From: Candidatus Krumholzibacteriota bacterium
Lineage (GTDB): Bacteria > Krumholzibacteriota > Krumholzibacteriia > Krumholzibacteriales > Krumholzibacteriaceae
Assembly (NCBI GenBank): GCA_030609325.1
Contig: JAUWCL010000009.1
Span: 4,818-68,817, forward strand
Direction: 5' to 3'
Length of the DNA: 64,000 bases
Shown here one piece after another: positions 50,930-60,965 of the stretch (position 1 is its first letter; each line of letters starts with the position of its first letter). The notes under the pieces are model-generated. The model had not been told where the DNA came from. It did no database searches and saw only the letters and a program-made list of their open reading frames with translations. The position numbers and the translations under genes were made by a program.

Positions 50930-51841
50930 ATGAACGGCTGCAAGGTTCTCTTCGCCGCGCTCATCCCGCTCCTGCTGGCTGCAGGTTGCGGGGGTGAGGA
51001 TGCGCGCGACGACACGATCCTCCCCCCCGACACCATCGCAAGGGTCGATGGGGAGGTCCTCACCGAGGGCCGCCTCAAGATACTCCTTCCTGCCGGCGAG
51101 AAGACGCCTTTTTCAGTCCCGGAAAAAGCGGTCTGGGTAAAGCAGTGGGTCGAGATGGAGCTGCTCTACGGCGAAGCTGTCAGGAGGGGGCTCCACAACG
51201 ATCCGAGGATCAGGGCGAGGCTGGAGAGTCTCGAGCGGGAGTTCCTCGCCGACCACCTGGCCTTCCTTGAGCTGCGCGAGAGGATCAAGGTCACCGAAGA
51301 GGAGATCGCGGCGTATTTCGAGGATAACAGGGACCAGTACATCCACGAATACAGGGTCAGCCACATAATGGTCGACACGCACGAGGAGGCTCTGCAGGTC
51401 CAGGAGCTGCTGAAGACAAAAAGCTTCACCCTTGTCGCCAACAGGTACTCGGTCGATCCGGTCGCGAGGCGCGGCGGTGACCTCGGCTACCTTACGAAGG
51501 GGAACATGATACCGGCTTTCGAGACGGTGATATTCGAAATGAAGCCGGGAGAGGTCAGCGAGATCGTCCAGTCAGATTTCGGGTTTCATGTAATAAAACT
51601 CGTTGGTATGCGCGAGGCGCAGGTCAGGGTGGAGCTCGCCGAAGTCCGGGAGAGGATATTGAACGGGCTGGTGATGCGCAGGAGGGCCGATGCGTACCGG
51701 GAGCTGATCGACAGGCTTCGCGAGCGGGCCGAGGTGGAATATATCAGCGGCGAATACGCGGAACACATCGCACCGGCGGACACGGCTCCGGCCGATGAAC
51801 CCGCCGATACCGCCGCGGCCGATTCGACGATGGAAGGATGA
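50930..51841 (+). CDS. PpiC/parvulin PPIase lipoprotein (PrsA-like)
   Basis: Lipobox AAGC; parvulin core (YRVSHIMV..GGDLGYLTKGNMIPAFE..FGFHVIKL). Confidence 0.7.
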   Translation: MNGCKVLFAALIPLLLAAGCGGEDARDDTILPPDTIARVDGEVLTEGRLKILLPAGEKTPFSVPEKAVWVKQWVEMELLYGEAVRRGLHNDPRIRARLESLEREFLADHLAFLELRERIKVTEEEIAAYFEDNRDQYIHEYRVSHIMVDTHEEALQVQELLKTKSFTLVANRYSVDPVARRGGDLGYLTKGNMIPAFETVIFEMKPGEVSEIVQSDFGFHVIKLVGMREAQVRVELAEVRERILNGLVMRRRADAYRELIDRLRERAEVEYISGEYAEHIAPADTAPADEPADTAAADSTMEG

Positions 51842-53193
51842 TCATGAGGACAAGGATATTACCGGTGGCCGCGGTCCTTGCGTTGCTTGTCCCGATCGCA
51901 GGAGCGGCGCAGCATAAGGGCGAGATCATCGACAGGGTCATCGCCGTGGTAGAGGACCGGGCGATCCTCCAGAGCGAGATCGAGATGGAGTACAGGCAGC
52001 ATCTGTTCCAGAACCAGGTGACGTCCCTTCCGTCCGACCAGGAGGCGCAGCTCAGGTCGCAGATCCTAGAGCAGCTCGTCGCCGACCAGCTGCTTGCCGT
52101 TCACGCGGACAAGTCAGGCATCGAGATTCCCGGTGGGGCGGTCGAGGACGAGCTCGAGAAGTCGCTCGCGGAGAGCCGACGCGCCGCGGGCGGCGACGAG
52201 GCCTTCGAGAAGGAGCTCGAGAAGGCAGGGTTGACCCTCCAGCAGCTCCGCACCCAGTGGAAGGAAAAGATCAGGTCGGGATATCTCGTCGAACGGCTCC
52301 TGAGAAGCGAGGTGTTCAGGGACATCACCGTCACCGACACCGAGGCGAGGCAGTACTACAGGGAACACCGGAGCGAGTTGGATAAAAGGCCGGCGACGAT
52401 GAAGCTCGCGCAGATCGTCGTGATGCCCGGCGTCGCCGATGCGGCGAGCAACACTTCGCTGGAGCGGGTCAGGGCGGTCGAGACCGAGATACGGGCAGGG
52501 AAGGATTTCGCCGAGGCGGCTGAGGAGCACTCTGAGGATCCAAGCGCGAAGTACGGGGGAAGCCTAGGATTTATAAAGCTCGGCGATCTGGGCAGCCCGC
52601 CGTTCGAGGAAGCGGCGAGAAAGCTCATCGTCGGGGACGTCAGCCCTCCGGTGCTGACGAGGTTCGGATGGCACCTGATAAAGCTCGAGGATGTCAGCGA
52701 AGACCAGGTGAAGCTGCGACATATACTTATCAAGGTCGAGAGCGGTGACGAGCAGGTCGAGGAAGCGGCCGAAAGGGTCAGGAACATCAGAAGGGAGATC
52801 CTCGGCGGCCTCGACTTCGGTGAGGCCGCGGCGAAATACTCCGCAGACGAGAAGACGAAGAACAACGGCGGTGTCATAGAGAACGAGCTTGTTCTGAAGC
52901 ACCTCATCGGCAAGGCGGACTATCTCCTCGAGATACTGAAGGAAACCGACGTCGGGGGGATCTCGCCGGTAGTCAAAGAGGACGCCGGCTTCAAGATAAT
53001 AAAGGTGCTGGAGAAGAATCCGGCGCGCCCTTACACTTACCAGGAAGTAAAAATGGAGCTGGAGAACCACCTCGCCCAGCAGAAGAGGATGGAGAAGTTC
53101 CAGGAATACGTCCACGAGCTCAAGGGCATATACTACGTGGACATAAAGCTCGGCGAGGAAGCCGGCGCCGACGACACCGGGACTGGCGGCTGA
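51838..53193 (+). CDS. periplasmic chaperone SurA-like (N-domain plus two parvulin domains)
   Basis: SurA_N (IDRVIAVVEDRAILQSEIE), parvulin domains (KLAQIVV..GGSLGFIKLG..GWHLIKL; LRHILIKV..). Confidence 0.75.
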   Translation: MIMRTRILPVAAVLALLVPIAGAAQHKGEIIDRVIAVVEDRAILQSEIEMEYRQHLFQNQVTSLPSDQEAQLRSQILEQLVADQLLAVHADKSGIEIPGGAVEDELEKSLAESRRAAGGDEAFEKELEKAGLTLQQLRTQWKEKIRSGYLVERLLRSEVFRDITVTDTEARQYYREHRSELDKRPATMKLAQIVVMPGVADAASNTSLERVRAVETEIRAGKDFAEAAEEHSEDPSAKYGGSLGFIKLGDLGSPPFEEAARKLIVGDVSPPVLTRFGWHLIKLEDVSEDQVKLRHILIKVESGDEQVEEAAERVRNIRREILGGLDFGEAAAKYSADEKTKNNGGVIENELVLKHLIGKADYLLEILKETDVGGISPVVKEDAGFKIIKVLEKNPARPYTYQEVKMELENHLAQQKRMEKFQEYVHELKGIYYVDIKLGEEAGADDTGTGG

Positions 53194-53197
53194 GGCG

Positions 53198-53458
53198 ATG
53201 AGGATCGATTCGCTCCTCAAGGCGCTCTGTCTCGTGAAGACGAGGAGCCTCGCGAGAAAGGGGTGCGAGACGGGCAATGTGAGGATAAACGGCGCGGTGG
53301 TAAAGCCGTCGCGCGAGGCGGTGGAAGGCGACATCATCGAGATCAGGCGGTCGGGACATTCTCTGGTCGTCGAGTTGCTCGAGATGCCGAACAGGCAGAC
53401 ATCGAAGAAAGACGCGACCCGGTTCTACCGGGTGGTCAGGGAGACGAGGACGGGATGA
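53198..53458 (+). CDS. S4-domain RNA-binding protein (Hsp15/YabO-like)
   Basis: S4 fold signature (MRIDSLLKALCLVKTRSLARKGCETGNVRINGAVVKPS). Confidence 0.7.
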   Translation: MRIDSLLKALCLVKTRSLARKGCETGNVRINGAVVKPSREAVEGDIIEIRRSGHSLVVELLEMPNRQTSKKDATRFYRVVRETRTG

Positions 53459-54489
53459 CGGAGAGAAGGGTACCGATAGCGCTCACTATAGGTGACCCGG
53501 CGGGCATCGGGCCCGAGATCGCGGCCGCCCTTCTCGCCGCGGGAGATGATTTCGGGGCGGACATCGCGCTGATCGGCTCGGCAGACGCCATGACGGCCGC
53601 CGCGCGGGCGGCGGGGGCGGACGTGCCCCGGGTGATCGGGGCGGGCGGGTCGGTGACGGGAGATGTCCTGCTCGATTCGCTGGCGGGAGGCTCCCCCGTG
53701 ATAGTAGATACCGGCGAGGGTAGAGACGTTCCCGCCGGAGGACCGAGCGCTGCAGGCGGTGCGGTCGCAGGCGAGGCGGTCGAGGCGGCGGCGAGGCTAG
53801 CCGCCGGAGGCGCCGTGGAGGGCATCGTGACGGGGCCGATCTCGAAGGAGGCGCTGGGCCTTGCCGGTTACAGCTATATCGGGCACACCGACATGCTCTC
53901 GGCGCTGCTCGACGCGCCGGACTGCCAGATGGTAATGGTCTCCGGGACGATGCGGATAGTGATACTGACCCGCGACATCCCGCTCGCAGACGTGCCCGCC
54001 GCCGTAACGATGAAGAGACTCGTGACGGGGGTGAAGGTCACAAACGCCGCACTGAGGGAGTTCTGGGGTATGGAAAAACCCCGTATCGACATCGCCGCCC
54101 TCAATCCCCACGGGGGAGACGGCGGGGTGACGGGCGCCGAGGAGGGAGAGGTGATCGTTCCGGCGATTGCCGTTCTCGTCGAGGACGGAATAGATGCGCG
54201 GGGGCCCTTCCCCGCCGACACACTCTTCTACCATCACGAGAGACGGGGGTGCGACGCGTTCGTTGCCCTCTACCACGACCAGGGGATGATTCCGTTCAAG
54301 ATGTCGGGATTCGACCGCGGCGTGAACATGACGATCGGCCTGCCCGTCGTCAGGACCTCGGTCTGCCACGGAACGGCATACGATATCGCCGGCAGGGGCG
54401 AGGCGGCGGGCGGGAGCCTCGCCGCCTCGCTCGAGCTGGCGGTGCGGTGCTGCCGCACCCGCACACCCGGGAGGAGGGTGGCCGGATGA
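53455..54489 (+). CDS. pdxA: 4-hydroxythreonine-4-phosphate dehydrogenase PdxA
   Basis: PdxA blocks (IALTIGDPAGIGPEI, GPISKEAL, YIGHTDML, ALYHDQGMIPFK); start at MTERRV with ATGA overlap; the track start is overextended. Confidence 0.85.
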   Translation: MTERRVPIALTIGDPAGIGPEIAAALLAAGDDFGADIALIGSADAMTAAARAAGADVPRVIGAGGSVTGDVLLDSLAGGSPVIVDTGEGRDVPAGGPSAAGGAVAGEAVEAAARLAAGGAVEGIVTGPISKEALGLAGYSYIGHTDMLSALLDAPDCQMVMVSGTMRIVILTRDIPLADVPAAVTMKRLVTGVKVTNAALREFWGMEKPRIDIAALNPHGGDGGVTGAEEGEVIVPAIAVLVEDGIDARGPFPADTLFYHHERRGCDAFVALYHDQGMIPFKMSGFDRGVNMTIGLPVVRTSVCHGTAYDIAGRGEAAGGSLAASLELAVRCCRTRTPGRRVAG

Positions 54490-55271
54490 GCCCCCCGGAA
54501 CATAGGATCATAGCGGGCATCTACCATCTCTCGAAGGACCTCGGCAGGCATTTCTCGCTCACCGACATAAATCTGCAGGTGACAAACGGCGAATTCGTCT
54601 TCCTCGTCGGCCCGAGCGGCGCGGGAAAGAGCACGCTGCTGAGGATGATGTACATGGACGACAGGCCCGACTCGGGTCAGATCGTCGTCGGCTCCTTCGT
54701 TTCGACGCGCGTGACGCGCAGGACGATCCCCGGGCTCCGCAGGAAGATCGGCATCGTCTTCCAGGATTTCCGGCTGATAGAGGACAGGACCGTCTTCGAG
54801 AACATCGCCCTGGCGATGAAGGTCACCGGCACGCCGATGAGCAAGATAAAGCAGAGAGCTACCAAGATACTTACCCATGTCGGACTCTATCACAAGCGGC
54901 ACGACTTTCCGAAGGCCCTCTCGGGCGGGGAGCAGCAGAGGGTCGCGATCGCGAGGGCGGTCGCCAACAGGCCGGCGATCCTCCTCGCCGACGAGCCGAC
55001 GGGAAACCTCGACGCCGTATCGACGAGGAACGTTCTCGAGCTTCTGTTCAAGATCAACGCCGGCGGCACGGCGGTGCTGGTCGCGACGCACGACATAGAG
55101 ATGGTGCAGAGCTTCGGCCAGAGGATCATCTATCTCGAGAACGGGCGGATCGCCCGCGATCACGAGAAGATCTTCGTCGGCGACGTCCGCGACAGGATGG
55201 ATGAGTCGAGGGTCTCCCGCAGGGCCGAGCAGCTGTCCGAGTACGATATAAGGGACGAGGAGAACGAATGA
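54486..55271 (+). CDS. ftsE: cell-division ABC transporter ATP-binding protein FtsE
   Basis: Walker A GPSGAGKST, ABC signature LSGGEQQRV, Walker B LLADEPTGNLD; ATGA overlap with pdxA. Confidence 0.9.
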   Translation: MSPPEHRIIAGIYHLSKDLGRHFSLTDINLQVTNGEFVFLVGPSGAGKSTLLRMMYMDDRPDSGQIVVGSFVSTRVTRRTIPGLRRKIGIVFQDFRLIEDRTVFENIALAMKVTGTPMSKIKQRATKILTHVGLYHKRHDFPKALSGGEQQRVAIARAVANRPAILLADEPTGNLDAVSTRNVLELLFKINAGGTAVLVATHDIEMVQSFGQRIIYLENGRIARDHEKIFVGDVRDRMDESRVSRRAEQLSEYDIRDEENE

Positions 55272-56137
55272 ATCTCCGCACGGCGAAATACATGATCGAC
55301 GAGATGATGATCAACCTCGGCAGGAGGAAAGGTGCGAACGCCATAGCGGTGATCATCATGGGCCTTTCCCTGCTGATCCTCGTCGTCTTCCTGATGGTGA
55401 CGCTGAACCTGGCCAATCTGATAGACAAGACGGGCGAAGAGATGAGGCTCTTCGTCTACCTCGAGGACGGCATGGAACAGGATGTCACGCGGGAGATGCA
55501 GCTGAAGCTTCTGGGACTGCGCGGCATAGAGGAGGTCTCGTTCATATCGAAGGGCGAGGCGCTGACCGAGTTCAAGGAGAGACTCGGCGAGGAGAGCGAC
55601 CTTCTCGACGAGCTCGTGGAGAACCCGCTCCCCGACGCCTTCAGGGTAAAAACGAAGCGGGGATACATAACGAGCGAATTCCTCGCGTCGATCGCTTTTG
55701 AGACGGAGAAGTGGGAGGGGGTCGAGGAGGTCCGGTACGGCAAGAAATGGTTCGAGAGGGGCGAGCGTCTGGCGAAGGGCATCTACATTATCGATCTGGC
55801 CCTCGGCCTGATCATCTTTCTCTCGGTGATATTCGTCATATACAATACGGTGCGGCTGACCGTGCTCCACAGGCGTACGACGATCGACGTGATGAAGCTC
55901 GTCGGCGCGACCAACGCGTTCATCCGTATCCCGTTCATCCTGGAAGGCGCTCTTCAGGGGATCGCGGCGTCACTTCTCGCCATCGCGCTCCTGACGGCGA
56001 TCTACGCCTTCTCTTCGAAATATCTTCCCGGGCTCGTTTTCATGAGGTACGACGCGCTCGCAGGCTTCGTCGTATTCTGCGCGATACTCGGCGCTGTCGG
56101 AAGCTTCTCCGCGATGCGCCGCTTTCTCAAGCTCTGA
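55268..56137 (+). CDS. ftsX: cell-division permease-like protein FtsX
   Basis: FtsX topology (N-terminal TM, periplasmic loop, 3 C-terminal TMs); overlaps ftsE by 4 nt. Confidence 0.85.
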   Translation: MNLRTAKYMIDEMMINLGRRKGANAIAVIIMGLSLLILVVFLMVTLNLANLIDKTGEEMRLFVYLEDGMEQDVTREMQLKLLGLRGIEEVSFISKGEALTEFKERLGEESDLLDELVENPLPDAFRVKTKRGYITSEFLASIAFETEKWEGVEEVRYGKKWFERGERLAKGIYIIDLALGLIIFLSVIFVIYNTVRLTVLHRRTTIDVMKLVGATNAFIRIPFILEGALQGIAASLLAIALLTAIYAFSSKYLPGLVFMRYDALAGFVVFCAILGAVGSFSAMRRFLKL

Positions 56138-56152
56138 CAGGCGGACTCCGTC

Positions 56153-57331
56153 ATGACGGCCAGACTGCTCATATCGGTAATAGTGCTGGCCGCGCTGGCC
56201 GCCGGCCCCGCGATGCCGCAGGACAGGGATCTCGAAGAGAACATCAGCGTCAAGGAGGGCGAGCTGCAGAAACTGCGCCGCCAGATACGAGAGCAGAGAA
56301 ATAAGATATCGGAGATCGAGGAGCAGGAGCAGGACGTCAGCGAATATATCGCCAAGCTCGAGAAGGAGGAGAAGCTGATGAAGCGTCTTCTCTCAGGGCT
56401 CGAGGACAAGGAGGCGATGCTCGAGGAGCAGGTCGGAGCGCTTCGTTCAGACCTCGAGACGAACGAGATCGTATACAGGCACAGGCTCGAGATCTTTTCC
56501 GGACGACTCAGGGAGATCTACAAGAACGGCCCCCGTCACGTATGGCAGGAGCTTCTCATCGCGGAGGATTTTCCCGACCTGCTGCAGAGATACAAGTTTC
56601 TCTCGCTCATAGCGGAGGGGGACGCCGCGATGATCGCCGACGTGAGGGAACGCAAGGCGGGGATCGAGATACAGGAGGCCGAGCTGACCGAGCTGCTGCA
56701 GGAAGTGTCCGCGTCGAGGACCGAGAAGGAGTCGGAGCTCCGGAAACTCGACGAGAACGAGGCGAAGCGCAGGAAGACGCTCGCCGATCTGAGGACGAGC
56801 AAGCAGCGGCACAGGAAGAGGGCCAAAGAGCTCGAGGGGCGAGAGAAAAAACTGCAAGATCTAATAGCCGAGCTCGAGAGGTCGCGTCTGGCCCGGTCGC
56901 AGAAGTGGGGCGACTACGGCGAGGGGGATTTCACCTCACTAAAGGGAAGGCTCTCGAGGCCGGTCGATGGAAACGTCACGAGAAAGTTCGGCAGGTTCAG
57001 GCACCCTGAGTACGGGACGGTCACCTTCAACACAGGCATCGACATCCGTACGAGGACCGGCGAGCCGGTGCGCGCCGTGGCGAGGGGCCGCGTCGAGTAT
57101 GCCGGGGACCTGTCCGGATACGGCAACTGCATAATATTGAATCACGGCGGAGGATACTATACTCTGTACGCCCATGCGTCGGCGATCTTCGTCACGCAGT
57201 CCTCGCAGGTCGAGAAGGGGAGCGTGATAGCGGAGGCGGGGGATGCCGCGGCCGGCTCGGGCGGAACGATACATTTCGAGATAAGAAAATCAAAGAAGGC
57301 CCTCGACCCGGGCGACTGGCTCGCCAGGTAG
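56153..57331 (+). CDS. EnvC-like murein hydrolase activator (coiled-coil plus M23/LytM domain)
   Basis: Signal or TM N-terminus, long coiled-coil, C-terminal M23 domain (GIDIRT..GYGNCIILNHGGGYYTLYAHA..IHFEIR). Confidence 0.8.
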   Translation: MTARLLISVIVLAALAAGPAMPQDRDLEENISVKEGELQKLRRQIREQRNKISEIEEQEQDVSEYIAKLEKEEKLMKRLLSGLEDKEAMLEEQVGALRSDLETNEIVYRHRLEIFSGRLREIYKNGPRHVWQELLIAEDFPDLLQRYKFLSLIAEGDAAMIADVRERKAGIEIQEAELTELLQEVSASRTEKESELRKLDENEAKRRKTLADLRTSKQRHRKRAKELEGREKKLQDLIAELERSRLARSQKWGDYGEGDFTSLKGRLSRPVDGNVTRKFGRFRHPEYGTVTFNTGIDIRTRTGEPVRAVARGRVEYAGDLSGYGNCIILNHGGGYYTLYAHASAIFVTQSSQVEKGSVIAEAGDAAAGSGGTIHFEIRKSKKALDPGDWLAR

Positions 57332-57424
57332 CAGGGCATACCGGGAGAGAATGCCATAGACATCATAGCCGCAGCGAATCTCGCCGCGAAGGGGCAGCCG
57401 AGGGTCTTCTCCACGCTGGAGAGG

Positions 57425-58405
57425 ATGATCTCTTCGGACACCCTCCCGGCGTCGCTCCTCTTTACCGGGCCGGAAGGGTCCGGGAAGGAGCTCGCCGCGA
57501 TGCGCCTCGCCGCCCTGCTCGAATGCGAAGGCCGTGCCGCCTGCGGGGAATGCCCCCCGTGCGGGAGCATCTCCTCGCTCGAGCATCCCGACGTGCATCC
57601 GGTCTATCCCGTACCGTCGGCCGACAGGGACAAGAGCATACCGGTCATTATAGAGTCAAGACGCGGGGATTTCCTCGCGCGCGGAGAGTTCGGAGGTCGC
57701 GCGCGGTCTATCGGGATAGAACAGATCAGGGCGGTCATGGAGAAGATATCGAGGCTGCCCTTCTCCGGCCCCCGCTCGGTAGTGGTCGTCATGGAGGCTC
57801 ATCTGGCCACGAAGGAGGCCCAGAACGCCTTCCTGAAGGTGCTCGAGGAACCTCCGGCCTCTTCCGTCATCGTCCTCGTGACCGGGAGGCCCGACCTCCT
57901 GCTCTCGACGATCGTCTCGAGGTGCAGCGAGATCAGGTTCGACCCGCTGCCCGACGCCGTCACGGCGCAGGTTCTCCGGACATTCCTGTCGGTCGAAAGC
58001 GGTGAGGCGGAAAGGATCGCCGCGATCGCGGGCGGCAACCTCCAGCGGGCGGTTCATCTGCTCGACGAGAGGTTTCTCGGGTTGAGGAAGGATGCCGTGA
58101 CCCTGGTCGGCCTCGTGCTGGAGGGAAAGGCGAGGCGGCTCCCCGCCGAGGCGGAGGCCGCGGCTCATAATTACACGAGAGAGGAGACTGCCGACCTGCT
58201 CGGCGAGATGACAGCGATCATGAGAGGCCTCCTGAGGGGTGCGGATACCGGGATATCGCCCGAAGCGGCCTCAGCGGCATCCTCGAGAGACATCCCGGCC
58301 GATATCGGGAAGATCTCGGCCGCCTCGCGAAACCTCGGCAGGAACGTCGATATCGAGCTGACCCTCGTTCAACTCCTCCTTGATTTGGCGGGCAAGTGGT
58401 ATTAG
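57425..58405 (+). CDS. holB: DNA polymerase III delta-prime subunit
   Basis: AAA+ clamp-loader features (LLFTGPEGSGK, Zn module CGECPPC, VVVMEAH, SRCSEIRF); no alternative in-frame start upstream. Confidence 0.8.
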   Translation: MISSDTLPASLLFTGPEGSGKELAAMRLAALLECEGRAACGECPPCGSISSLEHPDVHPVYPVPSADRDKSIPVIIESRRGDFLARGEFGGRARSIGIEQIRAVMEKISRLPFSGPRSVVVVMEAHLATKEAQNAFLKVLEEPPASSVIVLVTGRPDLLLSTIVSRCSEIRFDPLPDAVTAQVLRTFLSVESGEAERIAAIAGGNLQRAVHLLDERFLGLRKDAVTLVGLVLEGKARRLPAEAEAAAHNYTREETADLLGEMTAIMRGLLRGADTGISPEAASAASSRDIPADIGKISAASRNLGRNVDIELTLVQLLLDLAGKWY

Positions 58406-58498
58406 ATTGAATTCGCCGCTTAAGCGACGAAAAACCCTGTAGTTAACGGCACAACGGGCCGTGCGGAGGCCCCGCCGTATGAGAAGAGGAATACAACG

Positions 58499-59419
58499 GT
58501 GGAACTGGTCGAAGTTCAGTTCAAGGGACAGCGCAAAGAGCTCTACGGCAACTCGAGGTCGCTCTATCTTCATACCGGGAATTACTGTATCGTGCAGGCC
58601 GACCGCGGCGAGGACATGGGGCTGATCGTCTCGATCTCCCGGGTCAGCCCGAAGGACACCGATTCGGATATGAAGGGGATCCTCCGCCACGCCACCGATC
58701 ATGATATAGAGATTTTGGAGGGGAGGCGGGAGAAGGAGCTCGAAGCGCTGAAGGTATGCCAGCAGAAGGCCGCCGAGCACGACCTGCAGATCAAGCTCGT
58801 CGACGTCGAGTACCAGTTCGACGGCAACAAGGTCACCTTCTACTTCACGGCCGACGGCAGGATCGACTTCAGGGAGCTCGTCAAGGACCTCGCCGGGGTG
58901 TTCAGGACGAGGATCGACCTGAGGCAGATCGGCGTTCGCGACGAGGCGCGCAGGTTCGACGGCATGGGGATGTGCGGCCGCAGCCTGTGCTGCTCCTCAT
59001 GGCTGAAGGATTTCGAGCCGGTCACACTGAAGATGGCCAAGGACCAGAACCTGCCGCTCACCCCCTCGAAGATCTCCGGGGCCTGCGGCAGGCTTATGTG
59101 CTGCCTCGCCTACGAGCTCTCCGACTACAAGGAGCTGGTGAGAGGCATCCCGAAGGTCGGCAGCAAGGTGAACTGCTTCGGGTGCAGGCACCGCCTCGAT
59201 AAGGTCGATATATTCAGAGCCTCGGTGATCCTCAGCGACGAGGATGGGAACACGATCGAAGTCCTGGTCGAAGATCTCAAGGAGGAACTCGGAAAGAGCG
59301 TCGAGGAAGCGCACAGAAAGTCCGCCGCAAACGGCCCGGAAGACTCTCCCCGGAAGAAGAACGACGCTCCCCGCGACAGGGGACGGCGCGGGGACCGCGG
59401 GAGAAACAGGAAGAACTGA
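58499..59419 (+). CDS. yaaT: PSP1 C-terminal domain protein (YaaT/RicT-like)
   Basis: GTG start; PSP1 domain with Cys cluster (CGRSLCCSSWL..CGRLMCCLAYE); conserved position after holB. Confidence 0.8.
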   Translation: MELVEVQFKGQRKELYGNSRSLYLHTGNYCIVQADRGEDMGLIVSISRVSPKDTDSDMKGILRHATDHDIEILEGRREKELEALKVCQQKAAEHDLQIKLVDVEYQFDGNKVTFYFTADGRIDFRELVKDLAGVFRTRIDLRQIGVRDEARRFDGMGMCGRSLCCSSWLKDFEPVTLKMAKDQNLPLTPSKISGACGRLMCCLAYELSDYKELVRGIPKVGSKVNCFGCRHRLDKVDIFRASVILSDEDGNTIEVLVEDLKEELGKSVEEAHRKSAANGPEDSPRKKNDAPRDRGRRGDRGRNRKN

Positions 59420-59423
59420 TAAC

Positions 59424-60959
59424 ATGGGAAAGACCTTCTATATAACCACGGCCATCGATTACGTGAACCAGAAGCCCCATCTCGGCACGGCTTACGAGAA
59501 GATCGGCGCCGACTGCATGGCCCGCTACAAGAGGCTCTGCGGCTGCGAAACGTGGTTCCTGATGGGCAACGACGAGCACTCGACCAACGTCGAGCGCGAA
59601 GCGGCCCGCCGGGGGATGGATCCCCTCGACTATTGCAGTACGATGTCGGACGTCTTCACAGGAACCTGGAAGGCGCTGAACATATCGTACGACGATTTCA
59701 TACACACGAATGAGGAGAGACACGTCAGGGCGGTCACCGAGCTCTTCACGCGGATCGAGAAAAACGGGTACATCTACAAGGGGAATTACGAGGGGCTCTA
59801 CTGCGAGTCGTGCGAGGAATTCATCGTCGAGAAGGACCTCGTCGACGGCCTCTGTCCGAGGCACAGGCAGGAGCCGAAGAAGATCAGCGAGGAGAACTAC
59901 TTCTTCGCCCTCTCGAAGTTCGAGGAGAGGCTGCTCGAGCACATAGAGAAGAATCCCGGGTTCATCAGGCCGAAGACGCGCGAGAACGAGATAGTCAACG
60001 TGATAAAGGGCGGTCTCCATGACGTCTCGATCTCGAGGGCGGGGGTCGAATGGGGCATCCCTCTGCCGATAGACAAAGAGCACGTCATCTACGTATGGTT
60101 CGACGCCCTGACGAATTACATCTCGGCCCTCGGGTTCGGCGGCGACGGATCGGAGCTCTTCGAGAAGTGCTGGCCGGCAGACGTCCACGTCATAGGCAAG
60201 GACATCACGAGGTTCCACTGCGTCATCTGGCCGGCGATGCTGATGGCGGCGGGCGTGGAGCCGGCGAAGAGCGTGTTCGCCCACGGATTCATCTCGCTCG
60301 CGGGCGAGAAGATGAGCAAGTCGCGCGGAAACATCCTCGATCCGGAGAAGATGGCGGGCGTCTTCGGGAGCGACGGCCTGAGGTATCTCCTGCTGCGCGA
60401 GGTCCCCTTCGACAAGGACGGCGACATATCGACGCAGATCCTCGTCGACAGGTACAACGCCGACCTGGCCAACGAGCTGGGCAATCTCTTCAGCCGGACG
60501 CTGGCGATGATCTCGAAATATCTCGGCGGCAGCGTGACGGCCGCACCGTTCGACGCCGGGTGCGGGCTCCACGGCGTCCTCTCCGACGCGGTCGCCGGTT
60601 ACAGGGAGCACATGGAACGGATGGAGTTCTCCAGGGCGCTCGGAGCCTTCTGGCCCGCGATACAGGCGGCCAACCGTTTCATCGAGGAGAAGGCCCCCTG
60701 GGCCCTGGCGAAGGACGAGACGAAGCGCGATGAGCTCGAAGCGGTCTTCGGGGAGCTGCTCGCCGTACTGTGCACGGCCGGCTCCGTTCTTTTCCCCTTC
60801 ATGCCGGAAAAAATGAGCGTGATGCTCGGTCGGCTCGGCGCCGGGGATCCCTCTCTCGACGAACTACCCCCTTCCGAATCCGGAGCCGAAGGGCTGTCCG
60901 CCCCGGAGCCGCTCTTCCCGCGGATCCAGGAGAAACCGGAAGAGATATTCAAGGACTGA
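59424..60959 (+). CDS. metG: methionine--tRNA ligase (short form)
   Basis: HLGTAY (HIGH), Zn knuckle CESCEEF..CPRH, KMSKS; start at MGKTFYITTAIDY; the track ORF is overextended upstream. Confidence 0.9.
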   Translation: MGKTFYITTAIDYVNQKPHLGTAYEKIGADCMARYKRLCGCETWFLMGNDEHSTNVEREAARRGMDPLDYCSTMSDVFTGTWKALNISYDDFIHTNEERHVRAVTELFTRIEKNGYIYKGNYEGLYCESCEEFIVEKDLVDGLCPRHRQEPKKISEENYFFALSKFEERLLEHIEKNPGFIRPKTRENEIVNVIKGGLHDVSISRAGVEWGIPLPIDKEHVIYVWFDALTNYISALGFGGDGSELFEKCWPADVHVIGKDITRFHCVIWPAMLMAAGVEPAKSVFAHGFISLAGEKMSKSRGNILDPEKMAGVFGSDGLRYLLLREVPFDKDGDISTQILVDRYNADLANELGNLFSRTLAMISKYLGGSVTAAPFDAGCGLHGVLSDAVAGYREHMERMEFSRALGAFWPAIQAANRFIEEKAPWALAKDETKRDELEAVFGELLAVLCTAGSVLFPFMPEKMSVMLGRLGAGDPSLDELPPSESGAEGLSAPEPLFPRIQEKPEEIFKD

Positions 60960-60965
60960 TCCCCG

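Noticed and set aside
49111-51078. 655-aa minus-strand ORF
   Set aside because: Antisense to the parvulin genes; high-GC artefact.
57332-57424. Earlier start for holB
   Set aside because: The frame is open back to the envC stop but contains no ATG/GTG/TTG; the ATG at 57352 is out of frame.
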